64,000 nucleotides of DNA, taken from Podarcis filfolensis (taxonomy: Eukaryota). Where the stretch lies: assembly GCA_964270895.1 (NCBI GenBank), contig OZ185437.1; one strand, given 5' to 3'. Shown piece by piece: positions 50,501 through 58,875 of the stretch (its first letter is position 1; the number at the start of each line of letters is the position of its first letter). A model generated the notes under the pieces. The model was given only the letters and a program-made list of their open reading frames with translations, did not search any database and was not told where the DNA came from. The position numbers and the translations under genes were made by a program.

Positions 50501-53500
50501 ATTATAACCAATAATCCGGAACTCAGATTTTAAAAAAACACTAGTACATATGGCACAAGTTCATGAAAAAACAGAGACATACATTACTGGCTTCCACCAA
50601 AGTGAACACATAGTAACATGACTGCTCAGACATGGCTGGAATGTATAACACACTTGCCCAAACATTCAGTGAAGTTATTATTTATGGGACACACCACCTT
50701 CGGTTGGATCCAGTGAAAAGGGCTTTTTGGGACTAAGATCTAGTGGAAGCCACCACTGGAGGAAGGAAAGGAGATAATTATCACCATTTCCTCTTGGAGT
50801 CCCCTGTGCTACCTATTCTGAAGGGACTTCAACCCACCAGAGCAGGGGGGTTGGTTGGTGGCAGGGTGGATATGACGCTGAAAGGGGAAAGATAAATCAG
50901 TGAAAACTGTATCCCCCTTCAGAAATGTCTTATGAGTGGAGCTCCACTCATGAAAAATCTGGATTCAACTCAGTATATAGAACTATAAGCCAAAGAAAAT
51001 CAATTAATTAGCATAGAACTGCTACCCTGGAGTAGACAAAAATTATGCTTATGCAGTGTTTTTTTATAAATTGGTATGCCTAAATTATTTTTAAAAGACA
51101 GCTTTCCCAACTTTTACCCCAAAATGCTTCTAAAAGGCACTTTTCAGAAATGCTGTTCTGCCTACTTACTACTTCCTTACTGCCAGCAGATGGTGAACAA
51201 GAGCTAACGGTCAAAGTTATTCCCTAGAATAGTTGCCTAAAACAAAAAACAAACTTCTTTCTACTTTGTCTTAAAAGTCTAAACAAGTAGGCACTGATGT
51301 TTCAATTTCTCTGCATCTCAAAGATTAAAGAAAGAAAATCTCTAATCATTATAGCTATTAGATTTTTGAGGATGACGGGGTGAGAAAGTCACCCATTTTC
51401 TCTCTAAAGTAGTATTTTAAATATTCCTATTAAAAAAAAAAAAGCTGCATGCCTCTTTAAATTAACCACCATATTTCCTTTCTGTCTCCTGTCTTATGCT
51501 ACCCGGAAAGTTCATATGAATAGAGCAATTAATATTATAGAAAACAAAAAGGAAACTACATTTCCTCCATCATACTGACTACCACTTGTTTTACACTTTA
51601 ATGGCAGTTACCATTCATTGTTCTCTAGAAGGAACAATATTTTTCTGCCGTGTGCTGTTTTCACTATTAGACGAGTGACTGCGGAGCTTTATTCAACAAC
51701 TTAAGGAATCAGCAAGTAAAACACACACCATTTCAGTAAAGTCTAATGGTTACACTTGCTTATTTTAGGGTAGGAATGAGAAACCTCCAGCCTCTTGGCA
51801 CGCTTGGCCCACCAAGCCATTTCCTCCAAATCACGTCCATCTGTCCATAAGCTGACATCATTTTTTATATCACCTGAGGGGTAGGAGGGCAGAGTTAAAT
51901 CCTGCATTGGCTTGTTTCCACCAGGAAACAGGGAAACACACCCAAAGCAGCAGGATTTAACTCCCAAACATATTCTTTGCGTCACACCACGAAAAGTGAA
52001 AGATGTTGCAAGAAAAGGGATAGCAGGTCATCTCTGGCTGAAGCAGGATGTGCTTATGAGAACTCCATTGAATCCTGGAAGACCTGCTCCCTGCCTTGCT
52101 GGCCTTTTCCCCACCTGTCCTGGGAGGGCAGGGTGTTGACTGACTCCTGCTACAATAGCTGAGGCTGCTTACGCTGGGGTGTTGCCTAGGTACTTTTGTT
52201 GGGGAGGGGGGGTTGTTGCTCTTATTGATATTATTTATTTTGCACCTTTGTTTTAGATACTATGATTTAAGTGGATCTTTTTTCAATTTGGTTTTGTACT
52301 TTTTGGCATTTTCTTTATTGTTGATGACTACTTATGTTTGTAATTATGTCTTTTTCTTATATTGTAAGGTGCCTTGAGCATAGCTTTAACTATGGAAAGG
52401 CGGCATATAAATAAAAGTACTTAAGTTTATGAGAAGTCTCTAAGCTATTCATTCTTCTGGTTGGAACCAGGCATATGGTGTTGTTTACGCAGCACCAGCC
52501 AGTGAATCAGTGAGCTGAGCAGCACTGCTAGAAGCTGCTGACGGGGAGATAGGATAGTTCTTGTCATAAACATTAGGAGCTGGTGCTGAAGCAAGGGGTC
52601 TCACAGTCTGCACTGTGAAAGTGTGTGTGTGTGGTTGCTGACTGCCAGTATAACAACCCCTTTTGCCTGTCAGCAACAGTGTACTTCCACAGTGCTGATC
52701 ACAATGCTCCCCTGCCTCCTAGAACATGCAGATAAGAACAGGAATTCCCTTCTCTCTTCACTGCTCTGCAGCAGCAACCAACAATTCCAACTAACAAACA
52801 GCTTTGCTGGCAGCTACTGGATTTAAGGAAACCTATCCAACAACTGTGGGAGTGAGAAAAGTATGCAGCTGCATCAATACGGTCAAGGCCACTGTGGGCA
52901 GCAGTCACTGTCTGTCCCATTAAAACTAAAACTTTGATACTGCTTAAAATAATAAATTCATTGTTAATCTCAAAGCCAACACTATATATTCCATAAAAAG
53001 TAATATTTGCAGGCATGCAGTTCTGAATGTAGTTAATTGCAAACTATGTGTTTTAGATGTGCCAAACAACTGGAAAACAGAAAAAAATACATGGATTTTA
53101 ATGAAAGATCTGTGAGGAGAAACTGACAGGGATTTAAGTATCCTGCTCATTTGTCTTCATGGCAAAATTCACAAGATTATCCATTCCCAACACATTTTCC
53201 TACACTTATTCATTCACTACAATCATTTCAAGAAATTTCTGTAAATAAAGAATCATAGAATCACAGAATTGTAGAGTTGGAAGGGACCACATGGGTTATC
53301 TAGTCCAACCCCCACAGACCAGAATTGTCCTGGACTCTAAAAAATTACCCAGCCAGGCACTTTCCTTAACATGCTCAGTCAAAAATCTAATAGCTATTAA
53401 TGGGGGCTCAAGACTTTAGTCCTTGTACAGCAGCCCCTGAACCACATGACAAGCACTTTTCAAACTGAGGGGTGTATCAAAAGCAGTTTGTGATAGGGGA

Positions 53501-55788
53501 TGGGGATGTGGTCCAGGGGTCCAAAGGGGGTGCGGGAGACTTAAATTCAAAAAGACTAACACAGGTCCCTTGCATGACTCTCCGCACAGCATACTAGACC
53601 TGGCCTAAATTTTTCATCAGAAGAAATGGCATAAGCTACGCCAAGACACCGTACAGAACACTTGATCCGAGATCCAAAGAGGCCAATAAGTGAACAGAAG
53701 ACACTTCCACATGTGCATAGCAATGTGTGTTGTCAATTCCTGGCACACATATTGCACACCATTCTGTACTTTTCCCTGACCCTCAGGAGTGGCTTTTCTG
53801 GGCTGGGGAAGGGAAGCCCAGGAAGCTGCAGTGAAAGGGAGAGGCCAGAACACTGTGTGTTATCCTTTGGATCCCAACCCATTTATTTGCAGAATCTGTT
53901 CTATCACTGTACGTACCATGCCAGAAACAAGCTACTCTACTTAAATTCTATCGATCAGAACAGCTCAGATTTTAATACTATGCAAACTATATTATATCCT
54001 GCTTAAATAATAACTGTTCATTCTTCACAAGGTAATTGTGGTGCAATGTAGTAGGATTATTCAATAATTACACATAACTTTATATATATATATACATCAC
54101 TGTAAATATATTGATTTGTTAGGAAATATTTTTCATGGTTAATCATTCAAATATATTACCTTTAAAGGGCCTTTTATGTGATCATCCTGAACTTCCACAG
54201 TTGATGAATCATGCCTAAATGTTACCTGGAAAGCACAATTTAAAGGATTGTTAAAGCAGAGCAAGTGTGCGTATAGCTATCTTTACTATTTATTTATTTA
54301 GGATGTTTCTAGGCCACCCTTCATTATAACCAATCTTGTGGTGGTGAACAATACAATTAAAACTCATCCAAATTGCAATTTTAAAAATCCACTTCATAAT
54401 AAGAGCAAATATGATTAAAGCCCAAATCATTAAAATACAGGCCTTTATTCAAGGACAGAGTGGGCCTGCAACCTCAGGCAATAAATAAAGCTAATATCCT
54501 ACAATTGCCTGGGCAAATGAATAGTTTTTTCACTTGGCAACAAAATGAAAAAATAATAGGCACTAAACATACATCTAACAGAAGGGCATTCCACAACTAG
54601 GGCACATCCGTTTTCAACATCCCCACATGGTGTACAGATATTTCTGAGTTTGAGCTTAGCCAGTCTACAGTAGCTGCAAATTATGCCACTAGCAGACAAA
54701 TAACTATATATAACATGTCTCCCCTATTTATGGCCCTATTTGCCACTAAAATCTAAAATATTAGAAGCGCCACCCATTTTATAACCTCCATTAATTTATT
54801 TTGCTTTTTTCCCTTATAAAGGAAAACGAGACGTAATGCAAAGGACACAGTGCTGGAGTTGGACTAAGAAAACCTTTGTTCATATTCCTGCTCAGCCATG
54901 AAGCAGCATCAATTGTTATGAGATTATCACATGCATGCTTCCCTAACTCCTTGAAGGAAGGGTGGCACAGAAAAGTAATCAGTAATAACACCATTAGCTT
55001 ATGACTGAAGTATTACACACAAACAATAGAAGATACATACATTTATACTGTCTATTTATAGAAAACTGAATCCCATAGAACTTGAGTGTTTTGAGCAGGA
55101 GATTTGGATTTAACTGATTAACTAAACTGCTTAAAAACAAACAGCACTTTACATTAATACAAATGATTATTTTATAAAAGCAGGGTTTTGAAATACACAG
55201 GGAACATCCACCACATGAGGCTTCCTGCTTCAAAACTTTGCCTTCCAACTTGTGAAGGGTGACAAAACAAGAAGGGAAACAAACAGATGTAGTGTGCTTA
55301 TCCCTGTAGCCTCCCCAAATCCTAATCAGAACACCTGAAGAGGGCTATAGCTTTTCTTTATTTTCAGATATATTGGTGGCATAATGAAATTTAGCAGGAT
55401 TATTAAATGATTATGCAATGTCTACATTTTGGTGTTGCTTTTAAAACAACACTAATGACATTTTGGTGCTGCTTATCATTTGTGTCCCTCCCTCAAAGTG
55501 ATCTTAGAAACTGTTAGGAAGTTAATCTACTGGAGAGGGAGAACAACTGAGCACTCAGTCCTAGTGAAGTACTTCACTAACTCATCCCTCTTAAAATGCC
55601 TCACTTCAAGACCCATACATTGTGGAGTGCTCTGAATATATTCTATTTTTTAAATGAAAAATTACACACATACATACCTTGACTTTGACCAGTCTTTTTG
55701 TTGTCTTGATTTTGGCCTCACAGAAGGCCCCTCTATATTTTGCACTCACATCAGTGCCCACTGTCAAATATGGAGGCTCATCAAGGGC
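3225..55788 (-). CDS. ARID4B: ARID4B (AT-rich interactive domain 4B / SAP180 / RBBP1L1), spliced CDS of 22 coding exons; 5' exon(s) with the initiating Met-Lys lie outside the window
   Basis: Translated exons match human ARID4B motifs, e.g. [92 protein letters not shown] and the C-terminus [10 protein letters not shown]. All junction phases are consistent and exon lengths sum to 3876 nt (divisible by 3). The C-terminus matches ARID4B rather than ARID4A, and no LxCxE motif was seen. Confidence 0.98.
4594..4740 (-). CDS. ARID4B: ARID4B exon 23 ([49 protein letters not shown])
   Basis: 147 nt, cag|CT ... GAAA|gtaagt, phase 1-1. Confidence 0.97.
5017..5070. repeat. (CCAA)n tetranucleotide microsatellite
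   Basis: Direct reading; gives the spurious WLVG-repeat ORF. Confidence 0.97.
5306..5521 (-). CDS. ARID4B: ARID4B exon 22 ([22 protein letters not shown]...[12 protein letters not shown])
   Basis: 216 nt, cag|CA ... ATGT|gtaagt, phase 1-1. Confidence 0.95.
6006..6113 (-). CDS. ARID4B: ARID4B exon 21 ([36 protein letters not shown])
   Basis: 108 nt, aag|CT ... AAAC|gtaagt, phase 1-1. Confidence 0.94.
7503..8696 (-). CDS. ARID4B: ARID4B exon 20, large exon ([12 protein letters not shown]...[13 protein letters not shown])
   Basis: 1194 nt within ORF 7144..8712; cag|CT ... AAAG|gtataa, phase 1-1. Confidence 0.97.
9241..9323 (+). mobile_element. L2-type LINE 3' tail remnant
   Basis: T-rich stretch followed by TTGTGAACTGCCCCGAGATCTATGGATGAAGGGCAGTA, like squamate L2 tails (ttgtgaaccgccc...gaagggcggtat). 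Confidence 0.6.
9324..9430 (+). mobile_element. Truncated Tc1/mariner (Tigger/pogo-like) non-autonomous element, left end
   Basis: TA|CAGTGGTACCTCAGGTTACAGACGCTTCGGGTTAC: TA target plus TIR-like start with internal GGTTAC repeats. Confidence 0.65.
9715..9842 (-). mobile_element. Degraded tRNA-derived SINE fragment
   Basis: GGTCCATCTGGCTAAGTATTGTCTAAACTGA...GAAGATTGAACCCAGG (reverse B-box-like) resembles old reptile SINEs. Confidence 0.45.
11051..11076. repeat. (TAA)n microsatellite
   Basis: Direct reading. Confidence 0.95.
11914..12106 (-). CDS. ARID4B: ARID4B exon 19 ([26 protein letters not shown]...ISILNGLQ)
   Basis: 193 nt, tag|AAT ... CAAG|gtaata, phase 0-1. Confidence 0.95.
12481..12721. 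mobile_element. Palindromic MITE (non-autonomous DNA transposon) with about 26-bp TIRs
   Basis: Left GGGCTGCATCCAATGGTGTCACTCAG versus reverse complement of right end GGCTTGTATCCAATGATGTCATTCAG; central inverted repeat AAATCTGTTCCAGAGG...CCTTCAGAGCAGATTT. Confidence 0.75.
13356..13440 (-). CDS. ARID4B: ARID4B exon 18 ([28 protein letters not shown])
   Basis: 85 nt, tag|G ... AAG|gtagtt, phase 2-0. Confidence 0.96.
13502..13642. mobile_element. hAT-like MITE (about 140 bp, common in squamates)
   Basis: CAGGGGT...CCAGATCTTGTTGGACACCAACTCCCATC...GATGGGAATCGGAGTCCAATAGTACCTGGAGGG...TTCCCC imperfect hairpin. Confidence 0.7.
13681..13870 (-). mobile_element. Old CR1 LINE 3' UTR fragment
   Basis: CATAAGAAGAGCCCTGCTGGATCAGACCAAAGTCCCATCTAGTCCAGTATTCTGTTCTCACAGT matches the reversed CR1 3' end motif. 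Confidence 0.75.
14869..14942. repeat. Compound microsatellite (TGTC)n(TC)n(AC)n
   Basis: Direct reading. Confidence 0.97.
16830..17078 (-). CDS. ARID4B: ARID4B exon 17 (acidic tract + [49 protein letters not shown]), chromobarrel N-part
   Basis: 249 nt, aag|C ... GAG|gtaatt, phase 2-2 (symmetric). The 3' boundary is firm; the AAG acceptor was chosen on phase. Confidence 0.9.
17538..17682 (-). mobile_element. tRNA-Lys(CTT)-headed SINE with CR1-derived 3' tail
   Basis: Reverse complement of 17619-17682 is CTCAGTTGGTAGAGCATGGGACTCTTAATCTCAGGGTCCTGGGTTCAAGCCCCACATTGGGC, nearly vertebrate tRNA-Lys-CTT. It is joined directly to the CR1 end (GGTTGGATTAGATGACCTTTGTGGTCCCTTCCAACTCTA...ATTCTATG). 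Confidence 0.85.
20750..20930. mobile_element. Degraded palindromic MITE related to 12481-12721
   Basis: CCCCAAAATCTGCTCT core flanked by complementary C-rich and G-rich arms. Confidence 0.45.
21444..21570 (+). mobile_element. hAT-like non-autonomous element left end
   Basis: GGGGACCTCAGGCCC...CTCTCTATCTGG...GCTGGAATGTGTCCTTGAACTC; inverted sister copy at 32107-32248. Confidence 0.55.
21570..21962 (-). mobile_element. Internally deleted CR1 LINE (RT fragment + 3' end)
   Basis: Minus-strand translation gives [55 protein letters not shown], then KLQERRF and the ATTCTATGA tail; hallmark CR1 ORF2 motifs. Confidence 0.9.
23226..23356. other. Assembly gap (131 N)
   Basis: Run of N. Confidence 1.
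25615..25715 (+). mobile_element. Old CR1 3' UTR fragment
   Basis: CCATGGGTATCTGGATGACCACTGTGAGAACAGAATGCTGGACCAGAGAGGCC is the reverse complement of the motif at 13681-13750. Confidence 0.6.
26083..26240 (-). CDS. ARID4B: ARID4B exon 16 ([52 protein letters not shown]), divergent linker
   Basis: 158 nt, tag|GGA ... AAAA|gtaaga, phase 0-2; GSKK...HTDQEKE aligns to human GSKK...HSDQEKE. Confidence 0.9.
27141..27517 (-). mobile_element. Sauria SINE, essentially full length
   Basis: Minus strand: tRNA-like head GCGGGTGGCGCTGTGGTCTAAACC...GGCGGTTCGAATCCCC, body AAGTAGATAAATAGGTAC, (ACCTTT)n-type tail at 27141-27156. Confidence 0.93.
29152..29401 (-). CDS. ARID4B: ARID4B exon 15 ([23 protein letters not shown]...RKENDTSSL)
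   Basis: 250 nt, tag|A ... TTG|gtaaga, phase 2-0. Confidence 0.95.
30273..30370 (-). CDS. ARID4B: ARID4B exon 14 ([33 protein letters not shown]), ARID
   Basis: 98 nt, tag|ATT ... AAAA|gtaagt, phase 0-2. Confidence 0.97.
30839..30933 (-). CDS. ARID4B: ARID4B exon 13 ([32 protein letters not shown]), ARID
   Basis: 95 nt, cag|GG ... AAT|gtaagt, phase 1-0. Confidence 0.97.
32107..32248 (-). mobile_element. hAT-like non-autonomous element end (same family as 21444-21570, inverted)
   Basis: GAGTTCAAGGATACATTCCAGC matches the reverse complement at 21549-21570 with one mismatch; ends GAGGTTCCTCACCCCTG. Confidence 0.6.
32410..32482 (-). CDS. ARID4B: ARID4B exon 12 ([24 protein letters not shown]), ARID start
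   Basis: 73 nt, tag|GAA ... AGGG|gtaagc, phase 0-1. Confidence 0.96.
33714..33859 (-). CDS. ARID4B: ARID4B exon 11 ([49 protein letters not shown]), ends at a GC donor
   Basis: 146 nt, cag|CT ... GAG|gcaagt, phase 1-0; only this donor gives the human SSEEEEEIEPF junction. Confidence 0.92.
34500..34930 (+). mobile_element. Highly degraded L2 ORF2 C-terminal remnant
   Basis: CCATTTCAGTTGTGGCACTTCATTTAGGGAACTCACTCCC resembles the L2 RAFSVVAPRLWNSLP motif; upstream QLVQN-like and HWLP-like traces. Confidence 0.45.
35470..35611. mobile_element. hAT-like MITE, same family as 13502-13642
   Basis: CAGAGGTGGGCAACCTGTGGCACTCTAGATG...CATCTGAAGGGCTACAGATTCCCCACCCCT(CCT)G terminal inverted repeats. Confidence 0.75.
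36833..36906 (-). CDS. ARID4B: ARID4B exon 10 ([24 protein letters not shown])
   Basis: 74 nt, tag|C ... CAAG|gtaaag, phase 2-1. Confidence 0.94.
36908..36954. repeat. (TAA)n microsatellite abutting the exon 10 splice acceptor
   Basis: Direct reading; (TTA)n in pre-mRNA sense immediately before AG. Confidence 0.97.
37927..38006 (-). CDS. ARID4B: ARID4B exon 9 ([27 protein letters not shown]), PWWP/RBB1NT
   Basis: 80 nt, cag|GTG ... AAATT|gtgagt, phase 0-2. Confidence 0.96.
39821..39959 (-). CDS. ARID4B: ARID4B exon 8 ([46 protein letters not shown])
   Basis: 139 nt, tag|C ... TTG|gtaagt, phase 2-0. Confidence 0.96.
41480..41543. repeat. (GAT)n(AAT)n microsatellite, probably the L2 3' tail
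   Basis: Direct reading; (TAT)n in the sense of the adjacent L2. Confidence 0.95.
41550..41767 (+). mobile_element. CpG-rich segment resembling an L1-type LINE 5' UTR
   Basis: Starts GGGGACTTCTGGGTTAGCGCCAACGACAAATGGCGG, like the GGGGACTTCCGG...ATGGCGG starts of non-mammalian L1s; 17 CpG counted in about 215 bp. Confidence 0.45.
41768..42266 (-). mobile_element. Young 5'-truncated L2 LINE (ORF2 C-terminus + start of 3' UTR)
   Basis: Uninterrupted 144-aa frame [16 protein letters not shown]...[22 protein letters not shown]...[14 protein letters not shown]...KTELFHQAF*, the classic L2 ORF2 end; CpGs largely intact. Confidence 0.95.
42528..42619 (-). CDS. ARID4B: ARID4B exon 7 ([31 protein letters not shown])
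   Basis: 92 nt, cag|ACA ... CACAT|gtaagt, phase 0-2. Confidence 0.96.
44014..44100. repeat. Short quasi-palindromic reptile interspersed repeat (MITE-like); other degraded copies near 3555-3615, 25890-25953, 29790-29860, 32761-32823, 48617-48695
   Basis: GGCTACACTCATATCCACTCACCTGGAAGTAAGGCTCATTGAACTCAATGGGACTTACTCTTGAGTACACATGTATAAGATTGCACT; the arms are imperfect inverted repeats. Confidence 0.6.
44815..44894 (-). CDS. ARID4B: ARID4B exon 6 ([27 protein letters not shown])
   Basis: 80 nt, cag|TA ... GAA|gtaagt, phase 1-0. Confidence 0.96.
46330..47300 (-). mobile_element. Decayed DIRS1-like (tyrosine-recombinase) retrotransposon, RT-RNase H region; may extend to about 47700
   Basis: Minus-strand fragments in the expected order: [94 protein letters not shown]. 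These parallel the DIRS motifs ILDLKxLN..FRMETL, TTDAS..GWGAH and HINLLELRAIxLAL. Many stops and frameshifts. Confidence 0.7.
49684..49774 (-). CDS. ARID4B: ARID4B exon 5 ([30 protein letters not shown])
   Basis: 91 nt, tag|GTA ... GTAG|gtaagg, phase 0-1. Confidence 0.96.
50702..50970. mobile_element. Palindromic MITE with GGTTGGATCCAG...CTGGATTCAACT termini
   Basis: Terminal inverted repeats plus an internal perfect palindrome ATGAGTGGAGCTCCACTCAT (50932-50951). Confidence 0.6.
52160..52417 (+). mobile_element. L2-type LINE 3' UTR and tail
   Basis: T-rich tract ending ATTGTAAGGTGCCTTGAGCATAGCTTTAACTATGGAAAGGCGGCATATAAATAAA. Confidence 0.65.
53251..53314 (-). mobile_element. CR1 (or CR1-tailed SINE) extreme 3' end
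   Basis: AATCATAGAATCACAGAATTGTAGAGTTGGAAGGGACCACATGGGTTATCTAGTCCAACCCC. Confidence 0.8.
54160..54225 (-). CDS. ARID4B: ARID4B exon 4 ([22 protein letters not shown])
   Basis: 66 nt, cag|GTA ... AAG|gtaata. Confidence 0.96.
55678..55788 (-). CDS. ARID4B: ARID4B exon 3 ([37 protein letters not shown]), Tudor region
   Basis: 111 nt, tag|GCC ... AAG|gtatgt, phase 0-0. Confidence 0.96.
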
Positions 55789-55928
55789 CTAGAAGAGAAG
55801 AAAAAGGAAAACAACTGGCTTTTAATGTCTCCCCTGATATTTCAAAAGAGGCAAAATTATTACACTTATAAGAATAAGCAATCCACTACTAAATTTCAGT
55901 GAAAACTTTTCAATGGGAATATTGAAAT

Positions 55929-56251
55929 TGATAGCCATCTTCAAATATCTAAAGGGCTGACACATGGAAGATGGAACAAGCTTGTTTTAGTCTGCTCTGG
56001 AGGGTAGGACCCAAACCAATGGCTTTAAGTTACAAAAAAGGAGATTCCGGCTAAATATCAGGAAGCCTTTTCCGTCGATAAAAGTTGTTTGCCAGTGAAA
56101 TAGATGCCCTGGGGAGGTGATGTACTCTACTTTTTATGCAGAGGCTGGATAGCCATTTTTCATGTATGATTTAGTTGAGATTCCTGCATCACGGGGTTTG
56201 GACTAGATGGCTCTCAGGGTCCCTTCCAATTCTACAATTCTATGATTCTAT
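55929..56251 (+). mobile_element. CR1 LINE 3' fragment
   Basis: GATAGCCATCTTCAAATATCTAAAGGG...AAGTTACAAAAAAGGAGATTCCGGCTAAATATCAGGAAG...GGACTAGATGG...CCCTTCCAATTCTACAATTCTATGATTCTAT octamer tail. Confidence 0.9.
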
Positions 56252-58774
56252 ATGGAACTTTTGAAAAAAGAGTCCTCATATTGTTCTAAGTAAATTATGA
56301 ATCATGCTCATGATAGTTCTCCATTCATTCAGTTCCCAAGCATTATGCCTGGCAAATTTCATCTCCTTCTATCCTTGTCAAACAGGACCTGTTTAAGTAA
56401 CTAGAAACCTAACCTGCTTAGACCTTGGCTAGACATTGATCACATCAAAAATAGCTAAGCCAGTCAATATTAATCTAGATCCTGACCCTGAGACCAAGGA
56501 AATTTCCATAGAGATGGTATAGAATATTGTTACAAAAATTACAGGGGGGCACATCTTTAAAGTTGTTAAATGTTACAAATATTATGCCTGAATGTATCCT
56601 TTCAACTTGACAGCTCAGGGAAGCTGCTTTTCCTAGAGCGAATCAGAGCTGCTCCCCCATTTCCCCTGCCTTCTCTTGCCCTTTTCTCCCCACTCCCACA
56701 CCTACAGTAGCTGTGCACCTGTCTTGCCCCAAGCCGCAATATTTTTCAACAGAAATGGATCTAATGGGACAGTGTGTGATCATATGAGGTGTCAATAATG
56801 AGGGCTGGTGAGGTGGTGTCTATGGCTGCTTCCTGTGTGTCTCCAAGCCCCTAACTAACATTAGTGCAGGGATCCAAGGGCAGCAATGACAGGGACAGCA
56901 CTCAGAGCTCACACAGCTGCTGGAGAGGGAGAGGGAGGTGGCAAGACATGCACAAGCACACAAGGAAGAACAAAGAGGAAGGTGCTCCCAGGCTCTTAGG
57001 CTGTACTTTATGGGCTGAACTGCAAGCGCTCCTGTCTTCTTCTGCCCAGATGCGGGAGACACCATAAATATACAGCTGGCTCTCAGGCATGAATAAACCA
57101 GGCTCGAAGCCCTGAACCAGCAGTGAGCCAGACACTTGCCTGTCTGCTTGTGGTATCCCTTCCTGAAGTTAAACTCAGGAGGAGGGAAATTAGATCAGGA
57201 CCCAACAAGGAAGAGGTGGAGCAGCCTGCTCTGCAGTCTCTGCCTAACTTCTGTTGGTGCAGCAGATTCTTCAGGGAACTCCTCAGGGAGCCAATTTCCA
57301 AATCTAAACTGCAAAGCAAGCCCCTTCTTTGCTGGGCAAGGGGCTAGACATTCAGGCACAGACTGCTGAGGGACAGGTGCTTTAGGCAACATGGGTCACC
57401 TCTTTCCCAAACAGTAAAAGTGCAGGCCTCCCATCACAAATAACTTTTGCTTCCTGTATAAGCTTATTGCTAATTCAAAGCTCACACAATCTTTTAGATT
57501 TTTTTTTAAATTGGAAAAGCAGTAAGACATGGTGTAAATCTAAAAAGTTGTTTGTTTCTATTACCTAGGAATCTAGAAATATCGGTGCACTTTTTAAATG
57601 CACCAATCATTCCCTACCTCTCCTATTTTTTCCCCAAGGAACTGTGAGAATCAACTTGGTGAATAAGCTGTAAAATTATTTTTCTCAAAAACTATTTGCT
57701 CTTTTTTTTTGCATCGGGCTCTTACACTTATCAAGAGCACAGAAATATTTCAACAGGCACTAATTCTGCTATCAACGTGCTTCCCCTAATAAACTGTAAG
57801 ATGAATAGATCTGTTTCAGATGGAATCAAGAAACATTAATTTGGTGTGTAAAAACCCAGCTTTTGATATCTTTGTTTGGGCCAATATCCTTTTTAAAGCT
57901 TTTGAGCTTGAAGTATTCTATAAAATATTGAAGTCACACTGTCCAACAAACAGAATTTGATCCCATTTCTTAAAACCACTTTTAAGATTTCTATAGATTT
58001 GGCAAGGAAACCAACCAAGCTTAGGCTGTTTACAAGGTGGGGGCTCAGTTTGAACATGAATTTTTTATCCAAGCTTTTATACATGAAAATGAAACACAGT
58101 GCAACATAATCCTTTATAGAATTAATGATGTACATTGTGTTGTATAAAATATAGCCTTCCTTGAAACAGGAAATAAAAGGGCCAGTTGTGTGCAGAAAAT
58201 GGTAGCTGCATACAACTGTTGGGAAATATAGCACAGTGTTATTTATCAGACAATTACATTCTGTCACTTGTGGCTTGCCTTGTGATTACATTGTTTTTTC
58301 CAACAAAAATCACAATAGATGTGTTAATTAGCATACCTATGGCAGAATATTTTTGTTATCTGCCTGTTAGCTTAAAAGAGCTAGGAGTTCACTCATCATA
58401 GTGCTCAGCTGTGGCTGCTGGCAATCCTGGCTCTGAAGAACCAGGCGTTTTCTAAGAATTATGCAGCTGTAGTGTAAGTGCACAAAGCTATAGAGAGGGG
58501 GAAAGAAAAGTGCTGCTTTGCTACTGAGCAGTTTCCCCAAGACCAGCTGCTAGCACACTACAGCCTTCTGTGTAAACAGTTCTGATCAAAGAAGATAATT
58601 TAACTCTCAACCTATCAATGAAATACATTTATATACTGCTTCATACCAGAACAGTCTATGAGCAGTTTATAAAAAGACAGCAAACACTACACCCCCCCAC
58701 ACACACCAGAATGGAAATCTCCTCTCCTTCCATATCCCACACATCCTCCCTAAATCTGCTCTGGAGGGTTCAGA

Positions 58775-58875
58775 CATAGACATAGAATCATACAGTTGGA
58801 AGGGATCCTGAGGATCATCTAGTCCACCCCCTGCAATGCAGGAATACGCAGCTGTCCCATACAGGGATCAAACAC
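58775..58875 (-). mobile_element. 5'-truncated CR1-tailed SINE with a second tRNA-like head, nested in a palindromic MITE (about 58700-58990)
   Basis: CR1 tail CATAGAATCATACAGTTGGAAGGGATCC...GCAGGAAT joined to a B-box-like GTTTGATCCCTGTATGGGACAGCTGC (minus). Flanks are the two halves of the MITE core, CTGCTCTGGAGGG and CCCAGAACAGGTTT. Confidence 0.65.
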
